Source: Acetobacterales bacterium (GTDB lineage: Bacteria; Pseudomonadota; Alphaproteobacteria; JBBDQX01). From it: DNA of 43,299 nt. The position numbers and the translations under genes were made by a program. Below the pieces are notes generated by a model. It saw only the letters and a program-made list of their open reading frames with translations. It searched no databases and was not told the origin of the DNA. The stretch covers positions 1 to 43,299 of the forward strand of contig JBBDQX010000085.1 of NCBI GenBank assembly GCA_040905765.1, in the 5' to 3' direction. Positions 1-9,742 of this stretch are shown here, one piece after another. Every line of letters starts with the position of its first letter. The first letter of the stretch is position 1.

Positions 1-966
1 CTGCTGCTCGGCGGTCTCGCCGGCCTCGCGACCGGTCGCGGCGACGTCGGTGCGGCCATCGCCGGCGCCGGTGCCAACATCGCCCAGCAGCAGTTCTTCG
101 GCTACACGCGCGGCAACGAGGAATCAGCCGACCAGGCGGCGATGGAGTATCTCGACCGCACCGGCATCTCCGCACGCGGCCTGCTGACGGTGCTGGATAC
201 GCTGAGCGGCCAGGAATTGCTGGTGAGCGAGCGGCAGGACGTCTACATGCGCACCCACCCGCTCAGCCGCGACCGCATGTCCTTCGTACGCCAGCACGTC
301 CAGGACTCCCCCTACTCGGACGAGCCGCCCGATCCGGAGAGGGAACGGCAGCTGGCCAGGGTGCAGGCGAAACTGCGCGCCTTTACGCTGCCGAAGGGGC
401 GGCTGCCCCGCCTGTTCGACGAGTCGGACGACTCGGTGCCCTCACGTTACGGTCGCGCCATCGTCGCGCACCGCAATGCCGAGCTGGAGAAGGCGATCGG
501 GCTGATGGACTCGCTGCTCGCCGAGGCGCCGCAGGACCCCTATTTCCACGAGCTCCGCGGCCAGATCCTGTTCGAGAGCCAGCGCGGACGCGATGCGCTC
601 GACGACTACCGGCGCGCCGTGGAAATCGCGCCGGACGAACCGCAGATCCGCATCGGCCTCGCCCAGGTGGAGATCGAGCTCAACGAGCCGGAACTGCTGC
701 GCGATGCCGTGGTGCACCTCAATCGCGTATTGCACGAGGAAACGCGCAACACCTTCGCATGGCGCCAGCTCGCCATCGCCTACGGACGGCTCGGCGAGGA
801 AGGCCTGAGCGCCCTTTGCCTGGCGGAGGAGGCCGCCATCCAAGGCCGCGGCGAAGAGGCGCTCCGCCTCGCGAAGCGGGCGGCCGGCAATCTCGAGGAC
901 GGGTCTCCGGCGCAGCTCCGCGCACGCGATCTGCAGGCGACGGTGGAGCGGGCACGCAAGCAGTGA
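1..966 (+). CDS. M48 family metalloprotease with C-terminal TPR repeats (BepA/YfgC-like), 5' end outside window
   Basis: Frame is open from base 1 (LLLGGLAG...FFGYTRGNEESADQAAM); YTRxxExxAD and RTHP are M48 motifs; TPR-like helices follow (PQDPYFHELRGQILFE). HExxH would lie upstream of the window. Confidence 0.85.
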   Translation: MLLGGLAGLATGRGDVGAAIAGAGANIAQQQFFGYTRGNEESADQAAMEYLDRTGISARGLLTVLDTLSGQELLVSERQDVYMRTHPLSRDRMSFVRQHVQDSPYSDEPPDPERERQLARVQAKLRAFTLPKGRLPRLFDESDDSVPSRYGRAIVAHRNAELEKAIGLMDSLLAEAPQDPYFHELRGQILFESQRGRDALDDYRRAVEIAPDEPQIRIGLAQVEIELNEPELLRDAVVHLNRVLHEETRNTFAWRQLAIAYGRLGEEGLSALCLAEEAAIQGRGEEALRLAKRAAGNLEDGSPAQLRARDLQATVERARKQ

Positions 967-1667
967 TTCGCCGCCGCGGCGCCATGCTGCTCGCGGCACT
1001 GGCGCTCGCCGGCTGCACGGTGCCCGTCGCGACCACGCCGCCAAGCGGCGAGCTTCTGGTGCTCGGACCTTCCGGCGGCTTTTCGGCGACCAGCCTTCCC
1101 CCCGACTGGATCGGCATCGGCCCCGCCGGCGACGCGCCCGTCGACGTTGCTCTCGTAGACGGCGTACTGGCCCTGCGCGCCGCAAGCGGACCGTCCGCAC
1201 CCCCTGCTCCGGTGACTCTGGCCCGGCGGGTGCAGGGCCCGCTCCTCACGACACCGTACCTGCGCTGGGGCTGGTGGCAGCGGCAAGGCAGCCCGGCCAT
1301 GCCGCTGCGGCTCGTCGTCGGCTTCCACGGCGGCGACCCGGCGCGCCCGAGCTACACCGCCGAGGCGCCTCGATGGCTCGGCTCGGAGTTGCCGCCGTTC
1401 GACCGCGTCATCGAGCTGGTCTGGTCCAACGGAGGCGCGATGCCCCCCGGGACGGGCGGCGGGATGGTTCGCCAGCATGCCGTGCGGACGGGCATCGTCG
1501 GGGCCGGCGGCTGGCAGCTCGAAACGATCGACCTCGCCGCGGTCTACCGGTCGCTCTGGCCCGACGACGACGCAGGCCGTGCCCGGTTCATGTTCATCGG
1601 CGTGAGGCTGGAGCCAAGCGTGCGGCCGACCACCGCCGCGGTGGCGGAAATCATGCTCGGGCGCTAG
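963..1667 (+). CDS. Putative lipoprotein, DUF3047-like
   Basis: GTG overlaps the upstream TGA (alternative ATG at 984); RRR + hydrophobic stretch + LAGC lipobox; TPYLRWGW and VRTG...GWQLETIDLAAVYR resemble DUF3047 blocks. Confidence 0.6.
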   Translation: MIRRRGAMLLAALALAGCTVPVATTPPSGELLVLGPSGGFSATSLPPDWIGIGPAGDAPVDVALVDGVLALRAASGPSAPPAPVTLARRVQGPLLTTPYLRWGWWQRQGSPAMPLRLVVGFHGGDPARPSYTAEAPRWLGSELPPFDRVIELVWSNGGAMPPGTGGGMVRQHAVRTGIVGAGGWQLETIDLAAVYRSLWPDDDAGRARFMFIGVRLEPSVRPTTAAVAEIMLGR

Positions 1668-1706
1668 GCTGTCGCCGCCCTTCCCGCACACCGATTCCGG
1701 ACCGCC

Positions 1707-2462
1707 ATGGCATTCCCGTCACGCAGGTTGCACCTCGTCCTCTTCACGGCACTGGCGATGCTGGCCTGGCCGGGCACGTCGGCACATGCCGATGCCGGCT
1801 TCACGCCCGAGCAGGAAAACCGGATCAAGGAACTGGTGCGGAGCTACCTGTTGGAGCATCCGCAGATCCTCGAGGAGGCGTTCACCCGCCTGCAGCAGAC
1901 GCGCCAGGAAGAGGCCCGGCAGCAGGCGCAGGCCGCGCTGCAGCAGAATCAAGAGCAGCTCTACCGCGACCCGACCTCGCCGGTGCTGGGCAACCCCAAG
2001 GGGGATGTGACGGTGGTGGAGTTCTTCGACTACCGCTGCGGCTACTGCAAGCGGGCATTCCCGCGCGTCGGGCAGTTGCTGGAGGAGGACGGCAACATCC
2101 GGCTGGTGCTTAAGGAATTGCCGATCCTCGGCCCCGCTTCGGTCTACGCCTCGCGCGCCGCCCTCGCCGCCCGCGAACAGAAACTGTACGAGCCTTTCCA
2201 CGATGCGCTGATGGGCTGGCGCGGCGACCTGACGCGCGAGGACGTGCTGCAGGTGGCTCGTGAGGTCGGGCTGGACGTGGAGCGCCTGCAGCGCGACATG
2301 GCGGACCCCGGCGTGAGCGAGGCGATCGAGCGCAACATGGCGCTCGCGGAAGCTCTCGGCATCAACGGCACGCCGGCCTTCGTCATCGGTGACACGCTGG
2401 TGCCGGGGGCGGTCGAAGTCGACGCCCTGCGCGAACTGGTCAAGCGGGCGCGGGCGAGCTGA
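1707..2462 (+). CDS. DsbA-family thiol:disulfide oxidoreductase (Com1/ScsC type)
   Basis: Signal peptide, N-terminal helical extension (YLLEHPQILEEA), EFFDYRCGYCK active site, GINGTPAF cis-Pro motif. Confidence 0.92.
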   Translation: MAFPSRRLHLVLFTALAMLAWPGTSAHADAGFTPEQENRIKELVRSYLLEHPQILEEAFTRLQQTRQEEARQQAQAALQQNQEQLYRDPTSPVLGNPKGDVTVVEFFDYRCGYCKRAFPRVGQLLEEDGNIRLVLKELPILGPASVYASRAALAAREQKLYEPFHDALMGWRGDLTREDVLQVAREVGLDVERLQRDMADPGVSEAIERNMALAEALGINGTPAFVIGDTLVPGAVEVDALRELVKRARAS

Positions 2463-2464
2463 CG

Positions 2465-4231
2465 ATGGCGGATATCTCCTTCGACGACATCCGCGCCGCC
2501 CTGTCGGTCGACAACGTCCGGCGTCACGTCGAGCACATCACCGGGAACATCCCGTCCCGCCTCGCCGGCAGCGAGAACGCGCGGCGGATGGCGGCCTACA
2601 GCCTGAACCAGATGGAGGCTGCCGGGCTCGACGCCACGGCGCATGTGATCCCGGGCATGGTCAGCTTCCCCGAGGCCGGCCGTGTCGACCTGCTGTCGCC
2701 GGAGACCGGCGCCATCGAGGCCAACACGCTCGGCCACAGCCCGAACACGCCGGAGGGCGGCCTGGAGGGCCAGCTCGTCTACGTCGGCGCGGGCGGCTAC
2801 GAGCACTACGACGGCAAGGACGTGCGCGGCAGGATCATCCTCTGCGAGCTGTCCTACGTCCCGGGGCGCCATGAGAAGCAGCGCATCGCCGCCGAGAAGG
2901 GCGCGATCGGCTGCGTGATGATGAACTGGGGTCCACCCGACAACCACTGCCTGCCGTTCGGCTCGGTCAAGCCCGCCTGGGGCAATCCCACGGTGGAGAC
3001 GGTCGAGAAGGAGATGCCGGTGCTGCCCTGCGTCGGCATCGCCCGCACCGACGGTCTCAGGCTCAAGGCGATGTGCGAGAACGGCACCCTCCGCGCGCGG
3101 ATGCACGCGAAGGCCGGCAGCGAATGGCGCAACGTCGAGTTCACCACCGGATTCCTGCGCGGGCGCAGCGATGACTTCGCCGTCGTCGGCGGCCATCAGG
3201 ACTCCTGGCCGGGACCGCAGGCCACCGACAACGCCGCGGGCAACGCCGTGATCTACGAGCTGGCCCGCGTCTTCGCCGGTCATGCGGAGCATCTCCGGCG
3301 CGGGCTGCTGTGTGGCCTGTGGATCGGCCACGAGACCGGGACGATGATCGGCTCGAGCTGGTACGTCGACCGCAACTGGGACCGGCTGCGCGACCATGCC
3401 GTCGGCTACGTGCAGATCGACCAGCCGGCCTGTGTCGGCACGTCGATCTGGGGCTCGGGTTCGGCGAAGGAGATGAAGCGCTTCCACGAGGAAGTGGAAA
3501 GGCGCGAATGCGGCGACATCCCGGTGCACTGGAACCGGGTCCGCAAGACCGGCGACTCCTCGTTCTTCGGCATCGGCGTGCCGATGATCTACGCGCACAC
3601 CCATTTCACGAAGGAGGAGCTGGAGCGCACCGCCGTCGCGACGCTCGGCTGGTGGCACCATTCGGTCGAGAACACCATCGACAAGCTCGACTGGGACCTG
3701 ATGGACGTGCATCTGCGCGTCTATGCCGGCTACCTGTGGGAATTGTGCACGGCGCCGATCATTCCCTACGAGTTCGTGAGCGTCGCCGACCAGGTGACCG
3801 AGCGCCTCCAGGAGCTCCAGCAGGCCGGCCGCGGCATCGGCCTCGACGCGACCGCAGCGCAGGCCACCGCGCTACGTGCCTCGGCGGAAAGGCTGGATGC
3901 CGTCGTGCGCGACTGGCAGCGCCACTACCGTGCCGGCGAGGTGACGGACGAAGCGCCGGCGGCACTGCTCAACGAGTGCATCAAGGGACTCAGCCGGCGG
4001 CTTCTCGCCATCGCCAGCACGGCGCGCGGACCTTACAGGCAGGACCCCTACAGCTTCACGCCGCAGAACTCGATGCTGCCCGGCCTGTACGACGTGCCGA
4101 AGCTCGACGGCATGCCGGAGGGTGAGGCGCGCTGGATGCTGGAGGCGTGGCTGGTGCAGCAGCGCAACCGGATCACCGATGCGCTGGCCGACTCCCGCCG
4201 GCTCATAGAGGCGACGCTGGAGCGGCTGTAG
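2465..4231 (+). CDS. M28 family metallopeptidase with PA domain
   Basis: RLAGS N-terminal motif, PA-domain segment (LVYVGAG...DVRGRIIL), GHQDSW, ATDNAAG, GHETG and WHHS metal-ligand motifs; no signal peptide. Confidence 0.85.
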   Translation: MADISFDDIRAALSVDNVRRHVEHITGNIPSRLAGSENARRMAAYSLNQMEAAGLDATAHVIPGMVSFPEAGRVDLLSPETGAIEANTLGHSPNTPEGGLEGQLVYVGAGGYEHYDGKDVRGRIILCELSYVPGRHEKQRIAAEKGAIGCVMMNWGPPDNHCLPFGSVKPAWGNPTVETVEKEMPVLPCVGIARTDGLRLKAMCENGTLRARMHAKAGSEWRNVEFTTGFLRGRSDDFAVVGGHQDSWPGPQATDNAAGNAVIYELARVFAGHAEHLRRGLLCGLWIGHETGTMIGSSWYVDRNWDRLRDHAVGYVQIDQPACVGTSIWGSGSAKEMKRFHEEVERRECGDIPVHWNRVRKTGDSSFFGIGVPMIYAHTHFTKEELERTAVATLGWWHHSVENTIDKLDWDLMDVHLRVYAGYLWELCTAPIIPYEFVSVADQVTERLQELQQAGRGIGLDATAAQATALRASAERLDAVVRDWQRHYRAGEVTDEAPAALLNECIKGLSRRLLAIASTARGPYRQDPYSFTPQNSMLPGLYDVPKLDGMPEGEARWMLEAWLVQQRNRITDALADSRRLIEATLERL

Positions 4232-4264
4232 CGATACCGCCGCAGCCCCTCCGGAACCGCTACC

Positions 4265-5407
4265 TCACACGCAGTAGGTCTGCAGCGGGGGGAAGCCGTT
4301 GAAACCGACCGACGAGTACGTCGTCGTGTATGCGCCCGCGCTCATGAATCGAAGCCGGTCTCCCGCATCGAGGTCGAGCGGCAGCCGGTAGTCGACCTGC
4401 TCGTACATGATGTCTGTGCCGTCGCAGGTCGGGCCGGCCAGCACGACCGGGCCCGTCTCGAGCGGCGCGACGCCATCGTGGCGCGGCGAGGAGACACGGT
4501 ACTTGATGCGCTCGCAGTCGGTCTCGGCGAGGCCGCCGAACTTGCCGACGTCGAGATACACCCATCGGGTGTTGTCCTCGTAGGACTTGCGGGAAACCAG
4601 GACCACCGCGCTGTCCAGCACGCCGGCATCGGCGACGATCGCGCGGCCGGGCTCCAGCACCATCTCGGGCAGCGCATTGCCGAACGCCCGGGTCATCGCC
4701 TGGGTGATGGCGACCGCATAGGCCTCGATCTCGGGCACCGGATCGCGGTACCGCGCGGGGAACCCGCCGCCGAGGTTGATCATGCCGAGTTCGATGCCGG
4801 CGTCGCGCAGGTCCGAGAACAGCATCGCGGTGCGCGAGATGGCCGCATCCCAGCGGCTGGGATCGGTCTGCTGCGAGCCGAGGTGGAACGATATGCCCCA
4901 GGGCTCCAGGCCCTTGCGGGCGGCGTCGATCATCAGGTCGCGCGCCATCTCGACCGAGCAGCCGAACTTGCGGGCCATGGGCCACTCCGCGCCCTCGCTC
5001 GGCACCTGGATGCGGCAGAACACGCGCGAACCCGGTGCGGCCTCGGCGAGCTTGTCCAACTCGGCCTGGCTGTCGAACGCGAACAGGCGGACGCCGCGCC
5101 CGTAGGCATGGGCGATGTCAGCCTTCTTCTTGACGGTGTTGCCGAAGGAGATCACCTCCGGAGCCGCGCCGGCCTCGAGGCACTGATCCACCTCGTAGCG
5201 GCTGGCGGCGTCGAACCGGGAGCCGAGGTCGACCAGCAGCCGCAGGATATCCGTGGCCGGATTGGCCTTGACGGCGTAATAGATATGAGCCGTCGGAAGA
5301 GCGGCGGCCAGCCGGCGATAGTTCGCCCCGACCTCGTCGAGATCGACGACCAGGCAGGGCAGGTCGTCGGTGCGCTGTTCCAGAAAGCGTGCGATCTTCG
5401 GCGTCAC
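4265..5407 (-). CDS. Fold type III PLP-dependent ornithine/lysine decarboxylase
   Basis: YAVKAN (PLP Lys), FDAAS, KFG, SFHLGSQ, NLGGG, EPGR, GPTCD, GAY; GTG start at 5407 with AGGGAG RBS. Confidence 0.92.
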   Translation of the reverse strand: MTPKIARFLEQRTDDLPCLVVDLDEVGANYRRLAAALPTAHIYYAVKANPATDILRLLVDLGSRFDAASRYEVDQCLEAGAAPEVISFGNTVKKKADIAHAYGRGVRLFAFDSQAELDKLAEAAPGSRVFCRIQVPSEGAEWPMARKFGCSVEMARDLMIDAARKGLEPWGISFHLGSQQTDPSRWDAAISRTAMLFSDLRDAGIELGMINLGGGFPARYRDPVPEIEAYAVAITQAMTRAFGNALPEMVLEPGRAIVADAGVLDSAVVLVSRKSYEDNTRWVYLDVGKFGGLAETDCERIKYRVSSPRHDGVAPLETGPVVLAGPTCDGTDIMYEQVDYRLPLDLDAGDRLRFMSAGAYTTTYSSVGFNGFPPLQTYCV

Positions 5408-5528
5408 TCTAATACTCCCTGCGCCCCGAAAGGCGCGCGGTTCCGGGCAACGAAGCGCGCGTGTATATAGTTTCCGACCCTGCAATGAAAGTGAAATTTG
5501 GGTCCGTGGCCGCGAAAATTCCGGCCGC

Positions 5529-6515
5529 TCAGATCAGACCGGCCAGCGGCGACGAGGGGTCGGCGTACATCTTCTTCGGCATGCGTCCCGCGAGATAGGC
5601 GAGGCGTCCGGCCTCGATCGCGAGGCGCATCGCGCGCGCCATCTTCACCGGGTCCTTTGCCCCGGCGATCGCGGTGTTCATCAGCACGCCGTCGCAGCCT
5701 AGTTCCATGGCGATGGCCGCGTCCGATGCCGTGCCGACACCGGCGTCCACCAGCACCGGCACCGAACTCTGCTCGACGATGATGCGGATATTGACGGGAT
5801 TCTGGATGCCGAGGCCGGAGCCGATCGGTGCCGCGAGCGGCATGATCGCGACGCAGCCCATTTCTTCCAGACGCCTGGCGAGGATCGGATCGTCGCTGCA
5901 GTAGACCATGACGTCGAAACCGTCCCCGACCAGCACCTCGGCCGCCCGCAACGTCTCAGGCATGTCGGGATAGAGGGTCTTCTCGTCGCCCAGCACCTCG
6001 AGCTTGACCAGCTTCCAGCCGCCGGCTTCGCGAGCCAGCCGCAAGGTGCGCACCGCCTCCTCCGCAGTGTGGCAGCCTGCCGTATTGGGCAGGAAAGTGT
6101 AGCGTTCGGGTGAGACGTGGTCGATCAGCATCGGCTGCGACGGATCGCTGAGGTTCACGCGCCGCACCGCGACCGTGACGATCTCCGCCCCCGACGCCTC
6201 GATGGCCCGGGCGGTCTCCTCGAAATCCCTGTACTTGCCGGTGCCGACCAGCAGACGCGACCGGAAGGTGCGGCCGCCGACGGTGAACGCATCCTCCATC
6301 GGTGCGCCGCCCTCGGCACCGCCGCCTATGAAATGGACGATCTCCAGCCGGTCGCCGTCGGCCAGCGCGATCTCGCCGTAGCGGGACTTCGGCACGATCT
6401 CGAGGTTGCGTTCCACCGCGACCTTCGCGGGATCGATGCCGATGGCGTACAGCATCTGCGCCACGGTCAGGGGCGTGTCGAAACGGTGCTCTTCGCCATT
6501 GACGGTGAGTCGCAT
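5529..6515 (-). CDS. thiG: Fused sulfur carrier ThiS / thiazole synthase ThiG
   Basis: N-terminal 66 aa ThiS (VNGE...[10 protein letters not shown]...[10 protein letters not shown]) in frame with ThiG ([39 protein letters not shown]). Confidence 0.95.
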   Translation of the reverse strand: MRLTVNGEEHRFDTPLTVAQMLYAIGIDPAKVAVERNLEIVPKSRYGEIALADGDRLEIVHFIGGGAEGGAPMEDAFTVGGRTFRSRLLVGTGKYRDFEETARAIEASGAEIVTVAVRRVNLSDPSQPMLIDHVSPERYTFLPNTAGCHTAEEAVRTLRLAREAGGWKLVKLEVLGDEKTLYPDMPETLRAAEVLVGDGFDVMVYCSDDPILARRLEEMGCVAIMPLAAPIGSGLGIQNPVNIRIIVEQSSVPVLVDAGVGTASDAAIAMELGCDGVLMNTAIAGAKDPVKMARAMRLAIEAGRLAYLAGRMPKKMYADPSSPLAGLI

Positions 6516-6551
6516 GAGGATTGCCGGCGGTCTCCAGAATTCGGGACCGAG

Positions 6552-6580
6552 AGTATGGTGACGGCGCCGTCGCGATTCAA
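6552..6580 (-). promoter_or_regulatory. Putative sigma70 promoter of thiS-thiG
   Basis: Minus strand TTGAAT-17 nt-CATACT; the spacer holds palindrome GACGGCGCCGTC; a GANTC site overlaps the -35. Confidence 0.5.
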
Positions 6581-6617
6581 CCGGCTTGCCATGCCCTGCG
6601 CGGCCCGCGCCGCCGCG

Positions 6618-6645
6618 TTGCGGCGCGGGCGGTCCATGTTATAAC
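6618..6645 (+). promoter_or_regulatory. Putative sigma70 promoter of aroQ-accB-accC-aat
   Basis: TTGCGG-16 nt-TATAAC with extended -10 (TGtTATAAC); an 11-bp inverted repeat (6603-6630) overlaps the -35. Confidence 0.5.
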
Positions 6646-6712
6646 GCTGGGCATCCGCAATCCCGCAATGCGGTCGCGCGCACGGCGTCGCGGCCGGGAG
6701 CCCTGAACGAGC

Positions 6713-7159
6713 TTGGCTACCCGCATCCTGATCCTCAACGGCCCGAACCTCAACATGCTGGGACAGCGCCAGCCCGAGGTGTACGGGCGGGATACCCTGG
6801 CCGACATCGAGCGCTTCTGCGCCGAGCACGCGGCCGGCCTCGGCATCGAGGTCGACTTCCGCCAGAGCAACCACGAAGGCGAGCTGGTGACGTGGATCCA
6901 GCAGGCCCGGAACAGCCACAGCGGCATCGTGATCAATCCGGGCGCCTATTCGCACACCTCCGTCGCCCTGCTCGACGCACTGCTGGCAGCGAACCTGCCG
7001 GTGATCGAGGTTCACCTGTCGAACGTCCACCGGCGCGAATCATTCCGGCACCATTCCTACGTGTCGCGCGCCGCGGTCGGCGTCATCTGCGGGCTCGGGC
7101 CGCGCGGTTACCTGATGGCACTCGACGGCATGATGCCGCTGATCAACACGGACAATTGA
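6713..7159 (+). CDS. aroQ: Type II 3-dehydroquinate dehydratase
   Basis: [40 protein letters not shown]; TTG start. Confidence 0.97.
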   Translation: MATRILILNGPNLNMLGQRQPEVYGRDTLADIERFCAEHAAGLGIEVDFRQSNHEGELVTWIQQARNSHSGIVINPGAYSHTSVALLDALLAANLPVIEVHLSNVHRRESFRHHSYVSRAAVGVICGLGPRGYLMALDGMMPLINTDN

Positions 7160-7162
7160 GAG

Positions 7163-7612
7163 ATGGCCAGCACCGATTTCGACGAAGACTTCATCCGCCG
7201 ACTTGCCGACCTGCTCGATGAGAAGGGCCTGACCGAGATCGAGGTCGAGGCAGAGGATCGGAGAGTTCGCGTCGCGCGCGAACCGGCGCCGGTGACGATG
7301 GCGGGCGGTCGCGCCACCGCGGCTGCCCCCTCCGCGGCTCCGGCGACAGATATCCCGAGACCGACGGACTCCAGCCATCCCGGCGCGGTGACATCGCCGA
7401 TGGTCGGCCTCGCCTATATCCGGGAGGAGCCCACCGCTCCCGCTTATGTCGAGGTCGGATCGACGGTGCGCGAGGGCCAGACCCTGTGCCTGATCGAGGC
7501 CATGAAGACGTTCAACCCGGTGCGCAGCCCGCGCAGCGGAACAGTGACGCAGATCTTCATCAGCGACCAGTCGCCCGTCGAGTACGACGAGGTGCTGATG
7601 ATCATCGAATGA
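7163..7612 (+). CDS. accB: Acetyl-CoA carboxylase biotin carboxyl carrier protein
   Basis: LTEIE, Ala/Pro linker, SPMVG, EAMKT biotinylation motif; lies between aroQ and accC. Confidence 0.95.
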   Translation: MASTDFDEDFIRRLADLLDEKGLTEIEVEAEDRRVRVAREPAPVTMAGGRATAAAPSAAPATDIPRPTDSSHPGAVTSPMVGLAYIREEPTAPAYVEVGSTVREGQTLCLIEAMKTFNPVRSPRSGTVTQIFISDQSPVEYDEVLMIIE

Positions 7613-7643
7613 CCCCGGTCGACTGACTGCGGACGCAGGCACG

Positions 7644-8999
7644 ATGTTCGAGAAGGTCCTGATCGCCAACCGCGGCGAGATCGCGTTGCGCATCCACCGT
7701 GCCTGCCACGAGATGGGCATCCGCACCGTGGCGGTGCACTCCACGGCCGATGCCGATGCGATGCATGTGCGCCTCGCCGATGAATGCCTGTGCATCGGCC
7801 CGCCAGCGGCGCGCGACAGCTACCTGAACGCTGCGGCGCTGCTTTCCGCCGCCACGATCACCAACGCCGACGCCATCCATCCCGGCTACGGCTTCCTGTC
7901 GGAGAACGCGGACTTCGCCCAGATGGTGCAGGAGTGCGGCTTCGTCTTCATCGGGCCGAGCCCGGAGCACATCCGCCTGATGGGCGACAAGATCGCCGCC
8001 AAGAAGACCATGCAGGCGCTCGGCGTGCCCGTGGTACCGGGGTCAGATGGCCCCGTCGACAGTGCCGACCAGGCGATGGCGGTGGCGCGCGACATCGGTT
8101 TTCCCGTGCTGATCAAGGCCGCCGCGGGCGGCGGCGGGCGCGGCATGCAGGTGGTGCGGAGCGAGGACGAACTGGCCTCCGCGCTGCGGCTCGCCCGCGG
8201 CGAGGCGCAGGCCGCCTTCGGCAGCGGTGCCGTCTATCTCGAGAAGTATCTCGCCACGCCGCGGCACATCGAATTCCAGGTGCTGGCCGACCACTACGGC
8301 AACACGGTCCATTTCGGCGAGCGCGACTGCTCGCTGCAACGCCGCCACCAGAAGCTGATCGAGGAGGCGCCCTCGCCCGCGCTCAACGCCGCGCAGCGGC
8401 AGCGGATGGGCGAGACGGTAAGCGAGGCAATCCGCGGCCTCGGCTACCGCGGCGTCGGTACGCTGGAGTTTCTCTATGAGGACGACGAGTTCTACTTCAT
8501 CGAGATGAACACCCGGCTGCAGGTCGAGCATCCGGTGACCGAGATGGTGTGCGGCATCGACCTGGTGCGCGAACAGATTCGCGTCGCCGCCGGCACGCCC
8601 CTCGGCTACGACCAGTCCGACATCGGCTTTGCCGGGCACGCCATCGAGTGCCGCGTGACCGCGGAGGATCCGGATACCTTCGCCGCCTCGCCGGGACGTA
8701 TCGAGACTTATCATCCGCCGGGCGGCCCGGGCGTCCGCAACGACTCCGCTCTGTACGCGGGCTACGCCGTGCCGCCGCACTACGACAGCATGATCGCCAA
8801 GCTGATCGTGCATGGCACCAGCCGTAACGAGGCACTGATGCGGCTGCGGCGGGCGTTGAACGAGTATGTCATCGGCGGCCTGAAGACGACGCTGCCGCTG
8901 CACCAGCGGGTACTGGACACGCGCGACTTCGTCGACGGCACCTATGACATCCACTGGCTGGAACGTTTCGTCGCTGCAGGGGCGGACGAGAAGAAGTGA
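7644..8999 (+). CDS. accC: Acetyl-CoA carboxylase biotin carboxylase
   Basis: LIANRGEIA, HPGYGFLSEN, GGGGRGM, ERDCSLQRRHQK, EMNTRLQVEHPVTE. Confidence 0.97.
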   Translation: MFEKVLIANRGEIALRIHRACHEMGIRTVAVHSTADADAMHVRLADECLCIGPPAARDSYLNAAALLSAATITNADAIHPGYGFLSENADFAQMVQECGFVFIGPSPEHIRLMGDKIAAKKTMQALGVPVVPGSDGPVDSADQAMAVARDIGFPVLIKAAAGGGGRGMQVVRSEDELASALRLARGEAQAAFGSGAVYLEKYLATPRHIEFQVLADHYGNTVHFGERDCSLQRRHQKLIEEAPSPALNAAQRQRMGETVSEAIRGLGYRGVGTLEFLYEDDEFYFIEMNTRLQVEHPVTEMVCGIDLVREQIRVAAGTPLGYDQSDIGFAGHAIECRVTAEDPDTFAASPGRIETYHPPGGPGVRNDSALYAGYAVPPHYDSMIAKLIVHGTSRNEALMRLRRALNEYVIGGLKTTLPLHQRVLDTRDFVDGTYDIHWLERFVAAGADEKK

Positions 9000-9012
9000 T
9001 CCCCCCGGCGCC

Positions 9013-9681
9013 ATGCAGGTAACCGCCGACATCCTGCTGCGTGCCTATGCGATCGGCCTGTTTCCCATGGCCGAACGCCACGACGACGAGGAACTGTTCT
9101 GGGTCGACCCCCAACGCCGCGGGGTGCTGCCGCTCGATGGCTTCCACCTGCCGAAACGGCTGTACAGGACGATCCGCAGCGGTCGCTTCGAGGTCCGATG
9201 CGACACGGCGTTCAGCACGGTGGTGCGGGCCTGTGCCGAGCCGACTCCGGAGCGCCCCGAAACCTGGATCAACGAGGAGATCCTGCGCCTCTACGCGGAG
9301 GTGCACGAGATGGGATTCGGCCACAGCATCGAATGCTGGCGCGAGGGCCGGCTGGTCGGCGGCCTCTACGGGGTCTCGCTCGGCGCCGTGTTCTTCGGGG
9401 AAAGCATGTTCACCCGCGAATCCGACGCCAGCAAGGTGGCACTGGCACATCTGGTGGCGCGTTTGCGGCTGGGCGTGTTCGCCATTCTGGATACGCAGTT
9501 CCTGACCGAGCATCTGGCCCAGTTCGGCACCATCGAGATCGACCGGGAGAACTACCGCCAACAGCTCGCACTGGGAATTCGCCGGCAGGCGACGTTCGTC
9601 GCCAATCCTCCGGACGAGCGGCTCGCTGCGGAACTGGCCCTGATGCGCGAGGAGTCGCGGTTACGCGGGGGCCAGAGCTGA
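9013..9681 (+). CDS. aat: Leucyl/phenylalanyl-tRNA--protein transferase
   Basis: LLRAYAIGLFPM, TWIN, HSIECW, LVGGLYG, FFGESMF, DASKVAL, LDTQ; ATG at 9013. Confidence 0.95.
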   Translation: MQVTADILLRAYAIGLFPMAERHDDEELFWVDPQRRGVLPLDGFHLPKRLYRTIRSGRFEVRCDTAFSTVVRACAEPTPERPETWINEEILRLYAEVHEMGFGHSIECWREGRLVGGLYGVSLGAVFFGESMFTRESDASKVALAHLVARLRLGVFAILDTQFLTEHLAQFGTIEIDRENYRQQLALGIRRQATFVANPPDERLAAELALMREESRLRGGQS

Positions 9682-9742
9682 TTCACCGGTCAGGTTGCTT
9701 CAACCTGATCGGATCGCGCTTTGGGGCGAAAGGCATGATGAC

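Noticed and set aside
5408-5528. speF leader RNA upstream of the decarboxylase
   Set aside because: Spacer is only about 120 bp and shows just a 5-bp stem; cannot be supported without a covariance-model search.
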